Shown piece after piece: positions 1-10,093 of a stretch of 64,000 nucleotides of DNA (its first letter is position 1; each line of letters starts with the position of its first letter). A program made the translations under genes and the position numbers. The notes under the pieces are model-generated. The model was not told where the DNA came from. It did no database searches and saw only the letters and a program-made list of their open reading frames with translations. Source of the DNA: an uncultured Chloroflexia bacterium (GTDB taxonomy: Bacteria; Chloroflexota; Limnocylindria; Limnocylindrales; CSP1-4); assembly GCA_963821595.1 (NCBI GenBank), contig CAWGEL010000010.1, positions 65,269-129,268 on the forward strand, written 5' to 3'.

Positions 1-71
1 TCAGGCCCGTAGGTGGCCTCGATCAGGAAGACGGGCTCGATCGCGATGCCTTCGGGGATGTCGTTTGCCAC
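1..71 (-). CDS. 5' end of a hypothetical protein that runs off the window (VANDIPEGIAIEPVFLIEATYGP...)
   Basis: Hand translation of the minus strand. GTG at 71 lies 9 nt after GGAGGTG (80-86). Only 23 codons are visible, so it is below the ORF-track size cutoff. Confidence 0.3.
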   Translation of the reverse strand, partial: MANDIPEGIAIEPVFLIEATYGP

Positions 72-269
72 GGAAGAACGCACCTCCAGCAGTCAGGCAG
101 GTCCGCCGATCGGGTTCGGATCCTCCCGCGGGATCGGCAATACCGGGGTGCCACGCCGTCGGCCGGCAGGTACTCGAGCCGAGCGACGATCGCACCCGGC
201 GCAGGGTACCCCGAGCGCGCGCGGGCCGCCCGGCACGCCGTGACCGACTGGCCGGGCCCGGGCGTTCGC

Positions 270-2465
270 TCAGGCGGGTCCCGTGGCGACGGCCTGCGCC
301 TCTGCCCCATCGTCCGCGACCGTGTCGACTGCCGTCGGCCCCGGCAGGACGACCACGCGATCGGCGACGCTGTCGTAGCGCTCCGAGGTGGTGAGGTAGA
401 TGACCTGGAAGTCGGAGGCCAGGTCGCGCAGGAACGTGATGGCGCGCGCCGCGCGGGCATCGTCGAACGTGACGAACGGGTCGTCCATGACGAGCGGCGG
501 CCGGCGGTCCTGGGTGACCAGCCGGACCAGCCCGATCCGGGCGGCGAGGTAGGCGAGGTCGAGCGTTCCCTGCGACAGCTCCTCCACCGGGACCCAGTCG
601 CCGCGCTCGGGGGCGAAGATCGAGATGTCGAGGGTGGTGTCGTCCACCCGGACCCGGTGGTACCGGCCGGCGGTGAGCCGCCCGAGGTCGGTCCGCATGC
701 GCGACTCCAGGAATCGCGTCGCGCGGCGCATCGTCGCCCGCTCCGCCCCGACGATCGCGTCAAGGGCGGTCTGGTAGATGCGGGCGCGGCGCTGGAGAGC
801 ACCAAGCTGCTCGCGCCATGCCGCGAGGCGCTCGGCCTCGCCAGCCACCTGCTCGGCGTCCACGGGGTTCTGCTCGACACGGGCGCGGGCGCCCGCCTCG
901 GCATCGCGGGAGCGATCCAGTGATCGTTCCTGGTCGTGGACCTCGACCTCGAGCCGTTCGCGTGCGCGCGGCTCGCGGGCGATCGGGCCCAGCGCCTCGA
1001 GAGCCGCCGTCTTCTGCTCGATCTCGAGGGCTGCCGCGTCCCGGAGCGTCGGCAGCGTCTCGGCGGGCGCCTTTCCCACCAGCCCGTCCAGCTGGGCGCG
1101 GGTCCGGTCGATCGCCTGGACGTGGGCGTCCTCACGAGCGAGGAGGTCCTCGGCGGCGGCCAGGTTCGGTTGCCCGAGCAGGGCCAGCTGCTGATCGCGA
1201 TCGTGCGTCTTCTTCTTAGATCCTCCTCCATCTGGCTGCGGCCGCGCAGGCGGCGGGCGATCTCCGTGTCGCGCAGCTCGCGCTGGCGGCGGAAGTCGAA
1301 CGCCGCCCGGCGCCGGTGGCGCGCGACCAGGGAGAGCAGCAGGGCCACGATGACGGCCACCGCGCCGCCGGCCGTGAGAGCGAACGTCGTGGTGAGGACG
1401 CCGGCGGCGACGGCCGCAACGCTGCCCACGGCGAGGAGCAGGGCCAGCACCGCGAGCGCGCGATACCTCGGCTCGGGGACGATCACGTTGTAGTCCACGC
1501 CGCCGATGTCGCCACCGAGGGCGGCCTGGAGCTCGCCGATCTCCTTGTCGAGCTGGCGCAGGCGGACGGTGATCTGGCGCAGGACCGGCAGCGGGTTCGC
1601 TGACGGGTGCTTTCCCTCCAATGCCGAGAGCTCGCCGCTGAGCTCCGTCGCCTTCCGGTACCGCTCGTACCGTTCGCGGGCGGCCTCGCGATCGGCGTTG
1701 ATCCGCTCGGCCTGGCGGGCCTTCTCCAGCAGCGAGCGGCGCTCGGCGAGGGCGGCCTCGACCTGGCCGCGATCCTCGCGGGCCAGGACCAGCGCGTCGC
1801 GATCGTGCTCGAGCATGCGCGAGGTGCTGCTCGCCCTGGGCCACGGCGGCCTCCGCCCGTATCACGGCCGCCTCCGCCACGCGCAGGCGACCGGGGTTCT
1901 TGTCCCCCTTGGCGTGGAGATCGTGGAGCGCCCGATCCAGCTTCCTGCGGGCGGCGCTCGTGCCCCGGTCCGCTCCGCTGATCGACGCCTGGAGCCGGTC
2001 GCGGAGCGCCCCCTCGTCGCGGGCCAGGTCGCCGACCTCGTGGTGGCGGATCGAGGCGGTCGAGCGGAAGAACTTCTCGCCGGGGATGCCGGTCAGCTCG
2101 GCGAGCATCTCGTCCGCCCGCGCCGGATCGCCGATGGTCTCGCCGTCGAGGACCAGCCGGACGGTCCCGCGGACACCGCGGAAGTCCTTCTCGAGGGATC
2201 CGCTGCGGGTGCCGTCCTCGTCGTCCTGGACGAAGTCCAGCGCGACCCATGGGCGCGCTTCGGGCCCACCGTCCCAGGACCGCAGCGTGTCGACCTCCGC
2301 CCCCGCGGTCGTCACCCGCCGGAACAGGGCCAGCTCGATCGCCCGCTGCAGGGTGGACTTGCCGGCCTCGTTGGGCCCCCGGACGACGGTCAGCCCCGGG
2401 GCGAACTCCAGGTCCAGCTCGCGGTGGACGCGGAAGTCGCGGACGCGAATGCGGCCGATCCTCAC
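270..2465 (-). pseudogene. SbcC/YhaN-like SMC-type AAA ATPase, readable only through two compensating frame changes (near 1815-1825 and 1205-1215)
   Basis: N-terminus has Walker A (VRGPNEAGKST). C-terminus has the signature motif and Walker B (LSQGTLDLAYLAARIGL...PPLVMDDPFVTFD). The middle of this frame is R/P/G-rich nonsense, while the frame of ORF 23..1816 gives coiled coil plus two hydrophobic helices. The GTG start overlaps the upstream stop (GTGA). Confidence 0.75.
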
Positions 2466-3697
2466 AGCGTCACCTCGTGGCCGTCGAGGAGCAGGCGGGC
2501 CAGCCGGAGGGCCTCGCGGAGCTCGGCGGGATCAGCCGTGGGGTAGGCAGGCGAGCCGGCGTCGGTCGCCGTCCCGGCGGGCGCGGTCGCGGCCCCTTCG
2601 GCAGTCGCGGTCGCGGCTCCTTCGGCGATCGCGATCCGGGCTTCGAGATCCCGGGCAAGCGCGCCGGCGATCGTCTCGGCCGATGGAAGCGGACCGTCCG
2701 GCAGGGCGGCGACGGACACGTCGCGGACGCGGACCCGGAAGAAGCGGTCGGCCAGCTCTCGCTCCACTTCGTCGGTGTCAAGGTCCAGGGCGTCCGGCCG
2801 GACGCCCGTGATCCGCGCGTCGAGGACGAGGTCCGGGCTGGCGAGCGCGCCGAGGTGGGCGATCAGTGCTGGCTGCCCGTCGAGCGTGGCGGCATCCACG
2901 TCGTGACGCTGGAAGGTGGTCCGCCCGACTCGCCGTTCGGCCACCGCCACGTGGTGCGAGCCGGCGCGCACCTCCAGCTCCACCAGCAGGACGCTGCCCG
3001 CCCGATCCTGGTCCACGGCGACCGGCTCCGGCGCGCCGCTGTAGGCCCAGGTCGTGGTCCCGGCCCGGCCCTGCTGGAACGAGTGCCAGTGGCCGAGCGC
3101 CAGGTAGTCGAGGTGCGACGCGCCGATCTCGGCCGCGGTGACGACGACCTCGTCGCCGTCCGTGCGGCCCGGGATGGCCACCGATCCGTGGACCATGCCG
3201 ACGTGCCAGGTCGCCCGCTCGTCGGCGGCCACGCTGAAGTCCGCGAGCGGGCTGCGCGGAGCCCGCTTGGTCGCGAAGACCCGCCCATGCACCACGAGGT
3301 CCAGGGTCGGGTAGACGGCGTCGGGTCGCTCCGGCGTCAGGACCGTGACGAGGTCCGAGGTCGCCGCCACGCCGGCGAGGGCGGCAAGGTCGTAGGCGCG
3401 GTAGACGGAGGCTCTGTCGTACACGTCATGCGTGCCCGGGATGATGGCCGTCCGGATGGTCGCGCCGGCGAGGCGCTTCAGCTCCGCCACGACACGGTCC
3501 ACGGACCGGCGAGGCTGGACGTTCGAATCGAAGAGGTCGCCGGCCACCAGGAACACGTCGACGCGCTCCTCGATGGCGAGATCGACGGCGGCCCGGAAGG
3601 CCGCGTACTGCCGCTCGCGGAGCGCAGCCGCCTGTTCGCCGAGGTCGGCGTGTCGGGCACCCAGGTGGACGTCGGCGGTGTGAAGCAGGCGCAGCAT
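2462..3697 (-). CDS. SbcD/YhaO-like metallophosphoesterase (DNA repair exonuclease)
   Basis: MLRLLHTADVHLG...VFLVAGDLFD...IPGTHD...GHWH calcineurin-like phosphoesterase motifs. Start chosen at the internal ATG (3697) that gives the canonical N-terminus. Operonic with the ATPase. Confidence 0.8.
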   Translation of the reverse strand: MLRLLHTADVHLGARHADLGEQAAALRERQYAAFRAAVDLAIEERVDVFLVAGDLFDSNVQPRRSVDRVVAELKRLAGATIRTAIIPGTHDVYDRASVYRAYDLAALAGVAATSDLVTVLTPERPDAVYPTLDLVVHGRVFATKRAPRSPLADFSVAADERATWHVGMVHGSVAIPGRTDGDEVVVTAAEIGASHLDYLALGHWHSFQQGRAGTTTWAYSGAPEPVAVDQDRAGSVLLVELEVRAGSHHVAVAERRVGRTTFQRHDVDAATLDGQPALIAHLGALASPDLVLDARITGVRPDALDLDTDEVERELADRFFRVRVRDVSVAALPDGPLPSAETIAGALARDLEARIAIAEGAATATAEGAATAPAGTATDAGSPAYPTADPAELREALRLARLLLDGHEVTL

Positions 3698-4050
3698 CAG
3701 GCCGCATTGTGACAGAGCCGGGGCGCCGCGCGGACACGGGATCGTCGGGCGAAATCGATCGGCCACGGTCGGACCGAGGGCCCGGCTGACGCCGGGCAGG
3801 CGGGAAATCGGGGATGGCACGCCCGGCCCGGCGGCCATCCCCATGCCGATTCGGGCGGCTTGGCCGTCGGCGGCCCGCTCCGGAAAGCGGTGCTATTCTC
3901 TGGCCCACGCTACCGGTGCGCGCCCCCAGGGGTTCACCAGCACGTCACCCGGGTCGCGCGGTACCAGGCTCCTGCAGCTCCGCCGTCCCGCCGACGGTAT
4001 GGCGAGCCCTCGGCGCTCCCGATCGCGGCGCACCGACCTGGAGGAGCACG

Positions 4051-4386
4051 TTGTACACCGATCGCACTCTCACCTGCGTCGACTGCGGGATGGCCTTCAC
4101 CCACACCGCGGCTGACCAGGAGTACTACGCAACCAAGGGCTTCACGTCCGAACCGAAGCGATGTCCCAGCTGCCGGGCGAGCCGTCGTGCCACGCGAACC
4201 GACGGCTATGACGCCCGCAGCATCGGCGGGCCGCGCGGCTACGAGCGTGGCGACGACTCCGTGTCGCGCGAGTACTTCGCGGTCACCTGCTCGCGCTGCG
4301 GCAACAACGCCCAGGTCCCGTTCAAGCCGCGCATGGACAAGCCGGTCTACTGCTCCGACTGCTTCCGGGTGGTCAAGGCCGGCTGA
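4051..4386 (+). CDS. Small zinc-ribbon protein (two CxxC pairs)
   Basis: TTG start 4 nt after GGAGGAG. CVDCG...CPSCR and CSRCG...CSDC pairs. Protein-like composition. Confidence 0.6.
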   Translation: MYTDRTLTCVDCGMAFTHTAADQEYYATKGFTSEPKRCPSCRASRRATRTDGYDARSIGGPRGYERGDDSVSREYFAVTCSRCGNNAQVPFKPRMDKPVYCSDCFRVVKAG

Positions 4387-4574
4387 GACCGGCGCGGCAT
4401 GGTGCGTCGTCCTGGGGCGGCGCACCAGGGATACGGCCACTTCGACCCGCGACGAACGAGAGGCGTTTGGGACTAACTGTCCTTGACCCCGGGCTCGTGA
4501 TCCCGCACCGTGACCGGAGCGCTACCTCGGTCGCAGGTGCCCGAGGGACGCGAGCGAGATGGGGGTACCACGCG

Positions 4575-4829
4575 GTGAAGGACACCACGAGCGAATCGAC
4601 CGCCTCCCAGCCGTGCGCGATGTGCGGCGAGGAAACCGCCGCCGGCAGCGTCTTCTTCTCGGACCGCCGGACCATCGACGCCGGGGACGGGGTGCGGACG
4701 TACCTGTGCTCCCTCTGCGCCGAGCGCATCGCGGCTCGTCATCGCGGCCGGCGCCTGAGCGACGAGGAGATCCGCAGCCTCGTCAACAACCTGTCGGCGT
4801 CGGCGAGCGCGTTCGTCGGGGGGCATTGA
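4575..4829 (+). CDS. Hypothetical small CxxC...CxxC protein
   Basis: C-terminal part of ORF 4467..4829 (CAMCGEE...CSLCAERI). The GTG start is a guess. Confidence 0.35.
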   Translation: MKDTTSESTASQPCAMCGEETAAGSVFFSDRRTIDAGDGVRTYLCSLCAERIAARHRGRRLSDEEIRSLVNNLSASASAFVGGH

Positions 4830-4900
4830 GAGCGGAAGCCCCGCGGCGATACCTCCGCTGGCGACGCCGGCGACTGCGGCTGGCTCCTGCCCCGCGACGG

Positions 4901-5218
4901 CTACGGAGTCGCGGTCGGCTCGGGAGACGTTCCCGGGTGGGCCTGGACGTAGGCCTGCTGACAGGCCCTGGCCCAGGTCACCGACCCGTCCGTTGCCTCC
5001 GCCGCCACGATCGCCTGCTCGGCCGGGCTGTCCGCGAGGTACTCCGGCCACGTGACCGGATCGCGTCCCGGGAACGCGAATGCCGTTCCCTGGGCCGTCC
5101 CGGCGGCGGCGACATCGATGAGGTGCTGGCCGCACCACGCGTTCGTCGCGGGACCGACCTGGCTGGCACACCCGGTCAGCACCGCAGCCAGGAGGACCGC
5201 CGACAGCCTCCGCATCAT
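4901..5218 (-). CDS. Lipoprotein, hypothetical
   Basis: MMRRLSAVLLAAVLTGCAS: signal peptide with an LTGC lipobox. G-rich RBS upstream of the ATGATG. Confidence 0.6.
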   Translation of the reverse strand: MMRRLSAVLLAAVLTGCASQVGPATNAWCGQHLIDVAAAGTAQGTAFAFPGRDPVTWPEYLADSPAEQAIVAAEATDGSVTWARACQQAYVQAHPGTSPEPTATP

Positions 5219-5532
5219 CCCCCCAGCACGGTTGCGGGCCACGGCGCACGGTCAGTCCAGGCCGCACGATCCCGACTACCGCGATGGTCGATCTCGCGAT
5301 CGCCGCAGTCAAGCCCGCCACGGTAGACGGTCTCGTCGAGCGCGAGGGCGGGCCCCGTCCCTCATCCCGCGTCGCGCAGGGCGGGCCGGGAGGGGGCCGG
5401 TCGTGCGCGGGCGCACCGCGGCTGCCGGCCCGATCACACTTATGGCTTCCCGAGAGCGCGCCGGCCCTGTACGCTTGCCGCTCGCCGAGGGGGGCGCCAG
5501 GCTGAGGGCCACGTTGTCACAGGGAGGTCGCT

Positions 5533-6210
5533 ATGGCAGGTCCGGGCACGACTCCGCCGCCGTCAGGCCAGGCACCGGGTGGAGGGAACTGGAATCAGCC
5601 TCCGGCCGGATCGCCCGGCGGTCCCGCGGCCGCAGGCGGCTTCCAGCTGAAGCCCGTCGAGGCTGGACCGGCGCCGGGCGTCGCGTATGCCGACCTCGGC
5701 ATCCGCATCGGCGCGTTCGTCATCGACGCGATCATCCTGGCGGTCGCGTTCTGGATCATCTTCTTCATCTTCGGCGCCATCTTCGTCGCGTCGATCTTCG
5801 ACCTCGGGCTCGGGCTCGGGCTGATCCTCCTCGTGGTCCTGGCGGCCGTGAACCTCATCGGATCCGCCGTGTACTTCATCTACACGTGGACCACGATGCG
5901 GGCTTCGCCGGGCCAGCGGATGCTGGGCCTGGAGACGGTCAACGCCGGCAACGGCGCGACGCTCACCCAGCCGCAGGCGATCCGCCGATGGCTCTTCCTG
6001 TACGGGCCGTACGCGCTCGTCGAGGTACTCCAGATCGGAGCGGGCTGGTTCGTCTTCACGCTCGGCTTCTTCGGTGCGCTCGCCCCGCTCCTCTCGCTGC
6101 TGTCCCTCGCCTACGGCATCTACCTGCTGTACACGACCTCGCAGAGCAGCAAGCGGCAGGGCTTCCACGACGTCCAGGCCGGGACCGTGGTCGTCAAGCG
6201 CGTCGCCTGA
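5533..6210 (+). CDS. RDD-family membrane protein with a Pro/Gly-rich N-terminal tail
   Basis: R-x-GAFVIDAIIL...three TM segments...RQGFHDVQAGTVVV matches the RDD domain pattern. Confidence 0.75.
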   Translation: MAGPGTTPPPSGQAPGGGNWNQPPAGSPGGPAAAGGFQLKPVEAGPAPGVAYADLGIRIGAFVIDAIILAVAFWIIFFIFGAIFVASIFDLGLGLGLILLVVLAAVNLIGSAVYFIYTWTTMRASPGQRMLGLETVNAGNGATLTQPQAIRRWLFLYGPYALVEVLQIGAGWFVFTLGFFGALAPLLSLLSLAYGIYLLYTTSQSSKRQGFHDVQAGTVVVKRVA

Positions 6211-6235
6211 CCGACATCCACCACTCGCAGCCTGA

Positions 6236-6267
6236 GCGACGCCCCCGGGATCTCCCGGGGGCGTCGC
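6236..6267. terminator. GC-rich perfect hairpin between convergent genes (possible bidirectional terminator)
   Basis: GCGACGCCCCCGGGA / TCCCGGGGGCGTCGC inverted repeat read directly from the sequence. It lies between the RDD stop (6210) and the carbamate kinase stop (6383). There is no U-tract. Confidence 0.45.
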
Positions 6268-6382
6268 GATTCGAGGAGCCCGGGCAGCGGGCGGCATCAC
6301 CGCGTGCCGTCGACCATGACGCGGTAACGGTGGCCCGACCACGGCGGGCGCCGAGCCGCGGCGGACCCGCGACCGCGGGCCG

Positions 6383-7360
6383 TCAGGCGGATTGGCCGGA
6401 CCGCCTCGGCAGGTCCAGGCGGCCACTGCCGAAGCGCGTCCCGGCTCGGCCCCAGGCCACGGCCGCCGCGTCGTCCAGCGCCCCGATGGCGGCGAAGCGC
6501 CCGCCCGAGCGGACGAACTCCGCACACGCCCGGACCTTGGGCGCCATCGACCCGGCCGGCCACCAGCCCGACGCCACGCCGTCGAGCGCCTCCTCGATCT
6601 CGAGGTGGTCGATCGGCGCTGCGCCTGGCATGCCCCAGTCGCGGTAGACGGCCGAGACGTCCGTCAGCAGGAGCAGCCCGTCCGCTCCGACGGCCCGGGC
6701 GAGGACAACCGCCGCCAGGTCCTTGTCGACGACCGCCTCGCAACCCTCGAGCCGCCCGTCGGGCAATTCCACCACGGGCACGCCGCCGCCCCCGGAGGCC
6801 ACCACCAGCACGCCCGCCTCGACGAGCGAGCGAACGGCCTGGGCCTCGACGATGCGCAGCGGCACCGGCGACGGCACCACGCGTCGCCACATGTCCCCGT
6901 CGGGGGCGATCGTCCAGCCGCGCTCCGCGGCCAGGACTCCGGCAGTCACCTGGTCGTAGACCGGCCCGATCGGCTTGGTGGGGTGGGCGAAGGCTCGATC
7001 GTCGCCCCGGACCACGGTCTGCGTGACGATCACCGCGACGTCGCGGCGGATGCCGCGCTCGGCGAACGCGGCCCGGAGCGCCTGGCCGAGCAGGTACCCG
7101 ATCTGGCCCTGGGACTCGGCGCCCAGCACGTCGAGCGGCGGCGGAGGGACGACCTCGGCGGCCATCTCAGCCTCGATCGCGAGGAACCCGACCTGGGGGC
7201 CGTTGCCGTGGGTCAGCACGATCTCGGCGCCGCTGCGCTCGGCCAGGTCGACGAGCGCTCTCGCGGCGCCTTCCAGGTTGTGGCGCTGGACCTCGGTCGA
7301 CCCGGGCTCGCCCCGACGGATCAGGGCGTTGCCCCCAAGGGCGACCGCGATCCGCGTCAT
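6383..7360 (-). CDS. arcC: Carbamate kinase
   Basis: MTRIAVALGGNAL...LTHGNGPQVG...VVASGGGGVPV: family signature along the full length. ATGA overlap with the upstream transcarbamylase. Confidence 0.9.
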   Translation of the reverse strand: MTRIAVALGGNALIRRGEPGSTEVQRHNLEGAARALVDLAERSGAEIVLTHGNGPQVGFLAIEAEMAAEVVPPPPLDVLGAESQGQIGYLLGQALRAAFAERGIRRDVAVIVTQTVVRGDDRAFAHPTKPIGPVYDQVTAGVLAAERGWTIAPDGDMWRRVVPSPVPLRIVEAQAVRSLVEAGVLVVASGGGGVPVVELPDGRLEGCEAVVDKDLAAVVLARAVGADGLLLLTDVSAVYRDWGMPGAAPIDHLEIEEALDGVASGWWPAGSMAPKVRACAEFVRSGGRFAAIGALDDAAAVAWGRAGTRFGSGRLDLPRRSGQSA

Positions 7361-8298
7361 CCCAGGCGCTCGCCGCGGTGGTCGCCGCTGACCAGGGCGT
7401 AGAGGAGCGCCTGTTCCGTGTGCATGCGGTTCTCGGCCTGGTCCCAGACGCGCGAGAACGGCCCGTCGATGACCTCGTCGGTCACCTCGTCGCCGCGGTG
7501 GGCCGGCAGGCAGTGGAGGAAGATGGCGTGCGGGGCCGCCCGCTCCATGAGCGCCTCGTCGACCGTGTAGCCCGCGAAGACGCGCCGCCGCTCCTCGCGC
7601 TCGTGCTCCTTGCCCATGGAGGCCCAGACGTCCGTGTACACGGCGTCGGCTCCGCGGACGGCTTCCCGGGGATCCTGGCCAAGCTCGATGGTGGCACCGT
7701 GACCGGCGGCCTGGCGCCTGGCCCCGGCGATGATGGCCGCGTCCGGCTCGTACCCGGCCGGCGTGGCGATGGCCAGCGAGAAGCCGGTCTGCGCGGCGAC
7801 CTGGACCAGCGAGTGGCAGACGTTGTTCCCGTCACCGATGAAGGCGACGCGGATGCGACGCAGGTCGCCGAAGGCCTCCTCGAGCGTCATCGCATCGGCC
7901 AGGGCCTGGCACGGGTGGTGGTCGTCGGTGAGGGCGTTGATGACCGGGATCGTCGAGTTGGCGGCCAGGTCCTCGATCCTCGCCTGCTCGAACGTCCGCA
8001 CGACCAGTGCCGACAGGTAGCGCGACAGGACGCGAGCCGTGTCGGCGATCGTCTCGCCGTGGCCCAGCTGGAGCTCGTCCGGGCGCAGTGTGATGGGCAG
8101 CATGCCGAGCTTCCAGGCGGCCGCCTCGAAGCTCACGCGCGTGCGCGTCGACGGCTTGTCGAAGATGAGGCCGATCCGTCCGCCGTCGAGCGCACCCCGG
8201 CCCGCGGCCGGGGTCGCCTTGAGGCGCCGGGCGAGGTCGAGGACGTCGCGGGTGCCGTCCGGGCCGAGCGAATCGAGGGTCAGCAGGTGCTCGGTCAT
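7357..8298 (-). CDS. argF: Ornithine carbamoyltransferase
   Basis: STRTR, HPCQ, DVWASMG and HCLP motifs. The symbol is ambiguous between anabolic argF and catabolic arcB. Confidence 0.9.
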   Translation of the reverse strand: MTEHLLTLDSLGPDGTRDVLDLARRLKATPAAGRGALDGGRIGLIFDKPSTRTRVSFEAAAWKLGMLPITLRPDELQLGHGETIADTARVLSRYLSALVVRTFEQARIEDLAANSTIPVINALTDDHHPCQALADAMTLEEAFGDLRRIRVAFIGDGNNVCHSLVQVAAQTGFSLAIATPAGYEPDAAIIAGARRQAAGHGATIELGQDPREAVRGADAVYTDVWASMGKEHEREERRRVFAGYTVDEALMERAAPHAIFLHCLPAHRGDEVTDEVIDGPFSRVWDQAENRMHTEQALLYALVSGDHRGERLG

Positions 8299-8311
8299 CG
8301 GGTGGTCGCTC

Positions 8312-9700
8312 CTAGCGGGCGGAGGGTGCCGCCGTCGCGCCGGCGGCGGCGGCGGTCGCGCGGGCGCCTCCCGCCATCATGACGATGCGGGCCAGCAGCG
8401 AGTGGAGCGTCGGCTGGTCGGCCTCGCCCTCGATCTCCTCGAGCTCGTACCGGACGCGGACGACCGGCTTCTGCAGGTGGAGGACGCGGGTCAGGTCGAT
8501 CGGCGTCGCCGCCAGGACGAGGTCGGCGGGCATCGCGTTGAGGGTCTCCTCGAGCTCGTGCAGCTGCTCCGTGTCGTAGCCCATCGCCGGCAGGAGGTGC
8601 TCGAGGGCAGGGTAGCGGTCAAGCGTGTGGGCCAGCTGGCCGCGCGCGTACGGGCGCGGGTCCACCAGTTCGGCGGCCCCGAAACGACGGGCGGCGACCA
8701 CGCCGGCGCCGTAGGTCATGCCGCCATGGGTGAGCGTCGGGCCGTCCTCGACGACGGCGACGCGCTGTCCGGCGATCGTGCCGCCCTGGAGGGTCAGCGC
8801 GGAACGCGCGCAGATGACCTCGGCGCGCGGGTTGACCGCGCAGAGACTCGACTTGACGGTCGCGACCTGCTCCGGCGTGGCCGAATCGACCTTGTTGATG
8901 ACGACCACGTCGGCCATGCGGATGTTGGTCTCGCCCGGGTGGTAGTGGAGCTCATGGCCGGGGCGGAGCGGATCGGCGACCACGACGAAGAGGTCGGGTC
9001 GATAGAAGGGGAAGTCGTTGTTGCCGCCGTCCCACAGGATGACGTCGGCCTCCCGCTCGGCCTGCCGCAGGATCGCCTCGTAGTCCACGCCCGCGTAGAG
9101 GACCCGGCCCGCATCGAGGTGCGGCTCGTACTCTTCGCGCTCCTCGATCGTCGTCCGGTGGCTGTCGAGATCGGCGTAGGTCTCGAAGCGCTGCACGCGC
9201 TGGCGGACCAGGTCGCCGTACGGCATCGGGTGGCGGACGACCACGACGCGGAGGCCCTGGGCCTCGAGAACCGCCGCCAGGTAGCGGGTGGTCTGGCTCT
9301 TGCCGGCGCCGGTGCGGGTGGCGCCCGTGGCGACCACCGGCTTCGTGCTCCTGATCATCGTGTGGACCGGGCCGAGCAGGACGAAGTCGGCGCCGCCCGC
9401 GAGCGCGCGCGAGGCCGCATGCATGACGGTCTCGTGGCTGACGTCGCTGTAGGCGAAGACGACGCGGTCGATGAGCCCGCGCGCGAACAGCTTCTCGAGG
9501 TCGTCTTCGGGGATGATCTCGATGCCGTCGGGGTAGAGGGGTCCGGCCAGCTCCGCCGGATAGCGACGGCCGGCGATGCCCGGGATCTGGGTCGCGGTGA
9601 AGGCGACGACCTCCGTCGTCGGGTCGTCCCGGTACGCGACGTTGAAGTCGTGGAAGTCGCGGCCGGCCGCGCCCATGATCACGACTCTTGTGCGGTCCAT
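8312..9700 (-). CDS. P-loop protein resembling the cyclic 2,3-diphosphoglycerate synthetase / GTPase family
   Basis: Start at the internal ATG 9700 (RBS AAGGGAG). MDRTRVVIMGAAGRDFHDFN...TGATRTGAGKSQTT...WDGGNND. The upstream part of ORF 8312..10066 is low complexity. First gene of a three-gene operon. Confidence 0.65.
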   Translation of the reverse strand: MDRTRVVIMGAAGRDFHDFNVAYRDDPTTEVVAFTATQIPGIAGRRYPAELAGPLYPDGIEIIPEDDLEKLFARGLIDRVVFAYSDVSHETVMHAASRALAGGADFVLLGPVHTMIRSTKPVVATGATRTGAGKSQTTRYLAAVLEAQGLRVVVVRHPMPYGDLVRQRVQRFETYADLDSHRTTIEEREEYEPHLDAGRVLYAGVDYEAILRQAEREADVILWDGGNNDFPFYRPDLFVVVADPLRPGHELHYHPGETNIRMADVVVINKVDSATPEQVATVKSSLCAVNPRAEVICARSALTLQGGTIAGQRVAVVEDGPTLTHGGMTYGAGVVAARRFGAAELVDPRPYARGQLAHTLDRYPALEHLLPAMGYDTEQLHELEETLNAMPADLVLAATPIDLTRVLHLQKPVVRVRYELEEIEGEADQPTLHSLLARIVMMAGGARATAAAAGATAAPSAR

Positions 9701-10093
9701 GGTTCGTTCGCTCCCTTGCCGTTCGCGCCGTGGGGGACGCCCCGGCGGCGACGTGCGGCGAACGAGCCGGTTCCCGGCCTGGGGGCCCGGCGGTCGTCCA
9801 GTGGCCCGAGTGTCCGCAGCGCCGGCCCGGCGAGGCCAGTGCCGAGGGTCCCCGCCGGACGGGCCGGGCGGCCCGCCGCGCCGATCGACCTGGGGTCCCA
9901 CCGCGGGCGTCCTGGCGTCCGTCGACAACGCTGCGCTCGTCCTCGCCTTGATCGCGTCAACGGCCGTGCGTACACTCGCCGCGTAGGCGTGTTCCGGTTC
10001 TGCGACCACCGGGCCCGGGAGCTCGGGCTCCTCGACCAGACGACCGGAAGCTGATCGAGGAGGCAATCCGCGCCGGCCGGTGAGCAGGGAGGC

